DNA from: Octopus bimaculoides
Lineage: Eukaryota
Assembly: GCF_001194135.2 (NCBI RefSeq)
Contig: NC_068987.1
Location: 100,320,186-100,384,185 of the forward strand
Direction: 5' to 3'
Length of the DNA: 64,000 nucleotides
Positions 61,236 through 64,000 of this stretch are shown piece after piece; positions within the stretch are counted from its first letter, which is position 1; each line of letters opens with the position of its first letter. Made by a program: the position numbers and the translations under genes. The notes under the pieces are model-generated. The model saw only the letters and a list, made by a program, of their open reading frames with translations, was not told the DNA's origin and ran no database searches.

Positions 61236-61527
61236 TTCCTACGTTGTCAAACGTTACCCGTTCGTCAAAAAGCAACAGCAAAAAATGAAACTGAGTGGTG
61301 TATCTCGACAGTATAGTACTTTTATCAAAGTAACTGATATAATGTGGATTCCCGACCACTTGTATATTATTGTTGGTACTGTAGTATTCCTGTCGCCACT
61401 GTTATGCTGTTGCAGTATTCTACGTTTTACTATATATGACTCGTCTATCGTGCTACCGCTGAGATCTCTGCAAGATATGACTTCAAATGTTAACCGTGAC
61501 GGTAACTCGTACTCGTATATAAAGTAA
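61236..61527 (+). CDS. Candidate terminal exon P7 encoding a transmembrane segment and a short tail
   Basis: Acceptor CTTTGTTTTCAG and 97 open codons in phase 2. Hydrophobic LYIIVGTVVFLSPLLCCCSIL, then tail ...RDGNSYSYIK*. Confidence 0.35.
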
Positions 61528-61903
61528 CTGACATTGACTCCAGCTGAGAACTCGTACATGACTCTACTGCTTCAGACTAGCTGGCAGCCTGATTTTATTA
61601 TAGTAGCTGGACATACCACTTTGTCACGTTGGAAGGGGAATGCTATTTTTCCTACAACAGTAACACACTAAATTGAAATGGGATTCAAGTAAAAAAATAT
61701 ATATAAACGGGGAATTTCGCAAGTGCGGAGACTATTTTCGGCTTAAGCAGTGTAACGAAACCAAACATTTGTGACCAGTCTATGACTAAACTGTAGTTCA
61801 CTAAACTAGAATTGAGGACTAAGGTGGAGCAAGGCATTTAATACAGAACACACAAATGTTTAAGATGATGTAATGTAAGACAGGAATGATGTAAAGTAAG
61901 ACA

Positions 61904-62189
61904 GCAATCATACTCATGCATTTATAAATTCGACTTAAAATGCGTATACTAATATTAATACATATCAACAGATATGAATCTTTTACAAAATATTTATAAA
62001 ATATAAACATATACATAAATATACATAAAATGCATGTAAATAAAACCCATGTGTGGTACGTGTGGAAGGAAGTGGGAGAAAAGAGGAATGAAAATAATTG
62101 TTTTTCAGCCTTCTGTTTATCAATCCTCTTTTTCTGAAATTTCTTTCCATACGTATCTCACATGGGTTTTATTTACATTCATTTTTACG

Positions 62190-62222
<33 letters not shown>

Positions 62223-62276
62223 TAATATTAGCATAGGCCCTTTAAGTCGAATTTATAAATGTATGAGTACTATTGC
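61904..62276. repeat. ~370-bp foldback element (arms ~61904-62087 and 62124-62276, 36-nt loop)
   Basis: CATTTATAAATTCGACTTAAA and ATGTAAATAAAACCCATGTG recur exactly in reverse complement. The arms differ by a microsatellite-like indel. Confidence 0.88.
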
Positions 62277-62299
62277 CTAATTTGAGTTTATATCTTAAT

Positions 62300-63460
62300 T
62301 GTTATATATATAAGCTGGGATTTTTGTTATTGGCGCAAATCGTGATCTGTTGGCTGAATGCAATTTTTCTGTTTTTCTAAATTTTGATCTGGGATCTGTG
62401 CGGAGCCATCCTTTGACGTAGGTTAATGTGTATATGAGGTTCTCTGAAGTATATGTGAAGTGGCTTTTCACTGTGAAACGTTGTCCCTATTTGAAGGAGA
62501 ACTCTGACCCCTCAATTAAATTGACGCACATCCCACATTTCGGTCTTCCGCATTTTCTTTACTGACGGCTTCAGTGTTTTGTAGAGCTTATTCGGGCTTG
62601 TGTTCAGAGACTTTTCATAGATTTGGGCTGCTTCTTGCATTTTATGACGATGTTTGTCTGAAGGATTAAGTTCATTCCGTGGTCCTTTTTAAGCAGGGGA
62701 ATGTATTGAAGGATGGTGCCGAAGGCTTCAATCTTAAGAGGGTTGTGTGTGGAGATGTATGGTAGGGCTTTTGGGTGTAAATCCTTCTTAAATTTGGGAT
62801 GTCAGAGGTCGTGGATGTTGATCTGTATGGCATGTTGAAAACATATGTCAATTAGTGATGTTCGGTAGTTCCCACGTTGAAAGCATGTGTCAGTTAGTGA
62901 TAGTGGGTAATGAGTGTATCCTTTAGTTCATGTAGTCGTATATCCCTGGTGCTTGCATTAGAAATTATAGTACAAATCCTTTTTGCTAAGTTGAATAGGA
63001 TATTCATTCTACTGTATCTGGGGTGGCATGAGTTGAACGGTAGATATTTCTTGGAGTCCGTGGGCTTATAGCAACTATCTGTTTCTGTTACGCTGTTAGA
63101 TTTGTTAATGAGCATGTCGAGGAAGGGAAGTTCCTGATGGTTATATTCCAACGTGAATTGAATGTTTACGTGAAGTCCTTTTATAAGTGCTTGGAATTCT
63201 TTAAGTATCTCTATACTTGCATGCCAAAGAATGAAACAGTCATCCAGGAATCTCTTCAAGTTATTTTCTATGTAGAAGGAAAATGGGTGACCGTATTTTT
63301 CTAGTACCTTACGATAAAGACTCATTTCTAGAAATCCCATGACTAGGTTAGCAAAGAGGTGGGTAGCAATCTCGCGCCCATCGCAGTCTCCGATTTTCGT
63401 CGATAGAAGCTGTTTTTCAAGACAAACTATTTATTCTCCAAGATACATTTTATCCCTTCT
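62300..63460 (-). mobile_element. Penelope-like element, RT C-terminal half + GIY-YIG start
   Basis: FANLVMGFLE...KRFLDDCFILW...LPFLDM...YKPTDSKKYLPFNSCHP..., then KKQPKS...KCGRPKCGMC..LIEGSEF...ENLIYTL. Confidence 0.92.
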
Positions 63461-64000
63461 GTAACGAATTCTCTTTTGATGCGATGTGGAGTTCGTTGTT
63501 AGTGTACGTGTCTCTGTGATCAAGTGCGAAGGCGATTCATGATGATGAATGGAAGTGAATCAGAACAGAGTGAAAATCATTGAATGAACGACTTCACAGA
63601 CCTCTGATTAGTATTGTGGAAAAGCGAATGAAATTTAAACTTTGTAACTGGAGCGTTAATCCGCGTCATAAAAGAACAACCGCTCTCTGTAAAACCATAG
63701 TAAAGAAGCATGGTAAAATTGTACGAAGAGAATAAAAAGGGACATATGTGAATATTGCATGCATTGTTCGTTGAAATCAACCAGGGTAATATACATCTGA
63801 CAGAGCTAAGAAGCTATATTGAATCACTTTAAAGTCTTAAAAGACTAGGCTTATTAATTTGCAGTATATCAAGATTTTGGATGATAAACTAATACATATA
63901 CAAAGAACAGACATTAATACCTTTAACGAAAAACAAAATTTAATGCGCGTTGAACTGTTATACCCCCACCACCAGTGTCGACAGAATCTGTGAAACAGAA

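Noticed and set aside
61254-61559. Minus-strand 101-aa ORF with faint PKD-domain-like wording
   Set aside because: No ATG context or acceptor support. It is more simply the antisense of candidate exon P7.

Overview
Eukaryotic, AT-rich, repeat-saturated draft-assembly sequence with 17 N-gaps (~6.7 kb in total), most of them flanked by (TA)n. The SINE families, the microsatellite load and the LINE mix look like an Octopus/coleoid cephalopod genome; this is my inference, not a database result. There is no prokaryotic gene content, rRNA, true tRNA or CRISPR array. Almost all recognisable coding sequence is transposon-derived. It comprises Tx1/L1-clade LINE pieces (one young, nearly intact), at least 9 R4/Dong-type restriction-like-endonuclease (REL) LINE pieces, RTE fragments, 5 Penelope-like element (PLE) fragments with RT and/or GIY-YIG domains, 4 mariner relics plus a mariner MITE, and three tRNA-derived SINE families. 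Best leads: (1) two tandem R4/Dong-type LINEs, each bounded by (CATA)n, suggesting a tetranucleotide-microsatellite-targeting lineage; a head-to-tail cluster of (TAA)n-associated relatives also lies in the window. (2) Minimal hammerhead-ribozyme-like folds, one at a PLE 3' end next to a Pol III tRNA-like head and two in a small ORF-less TA-abutting repeat. (3) Three foldback/long-inverted-repeat structures. (4) A tentative phase-consistent plus-strand multi-exon host gene with two possible last exons. The gene model is low confidence and the product is unidentified.
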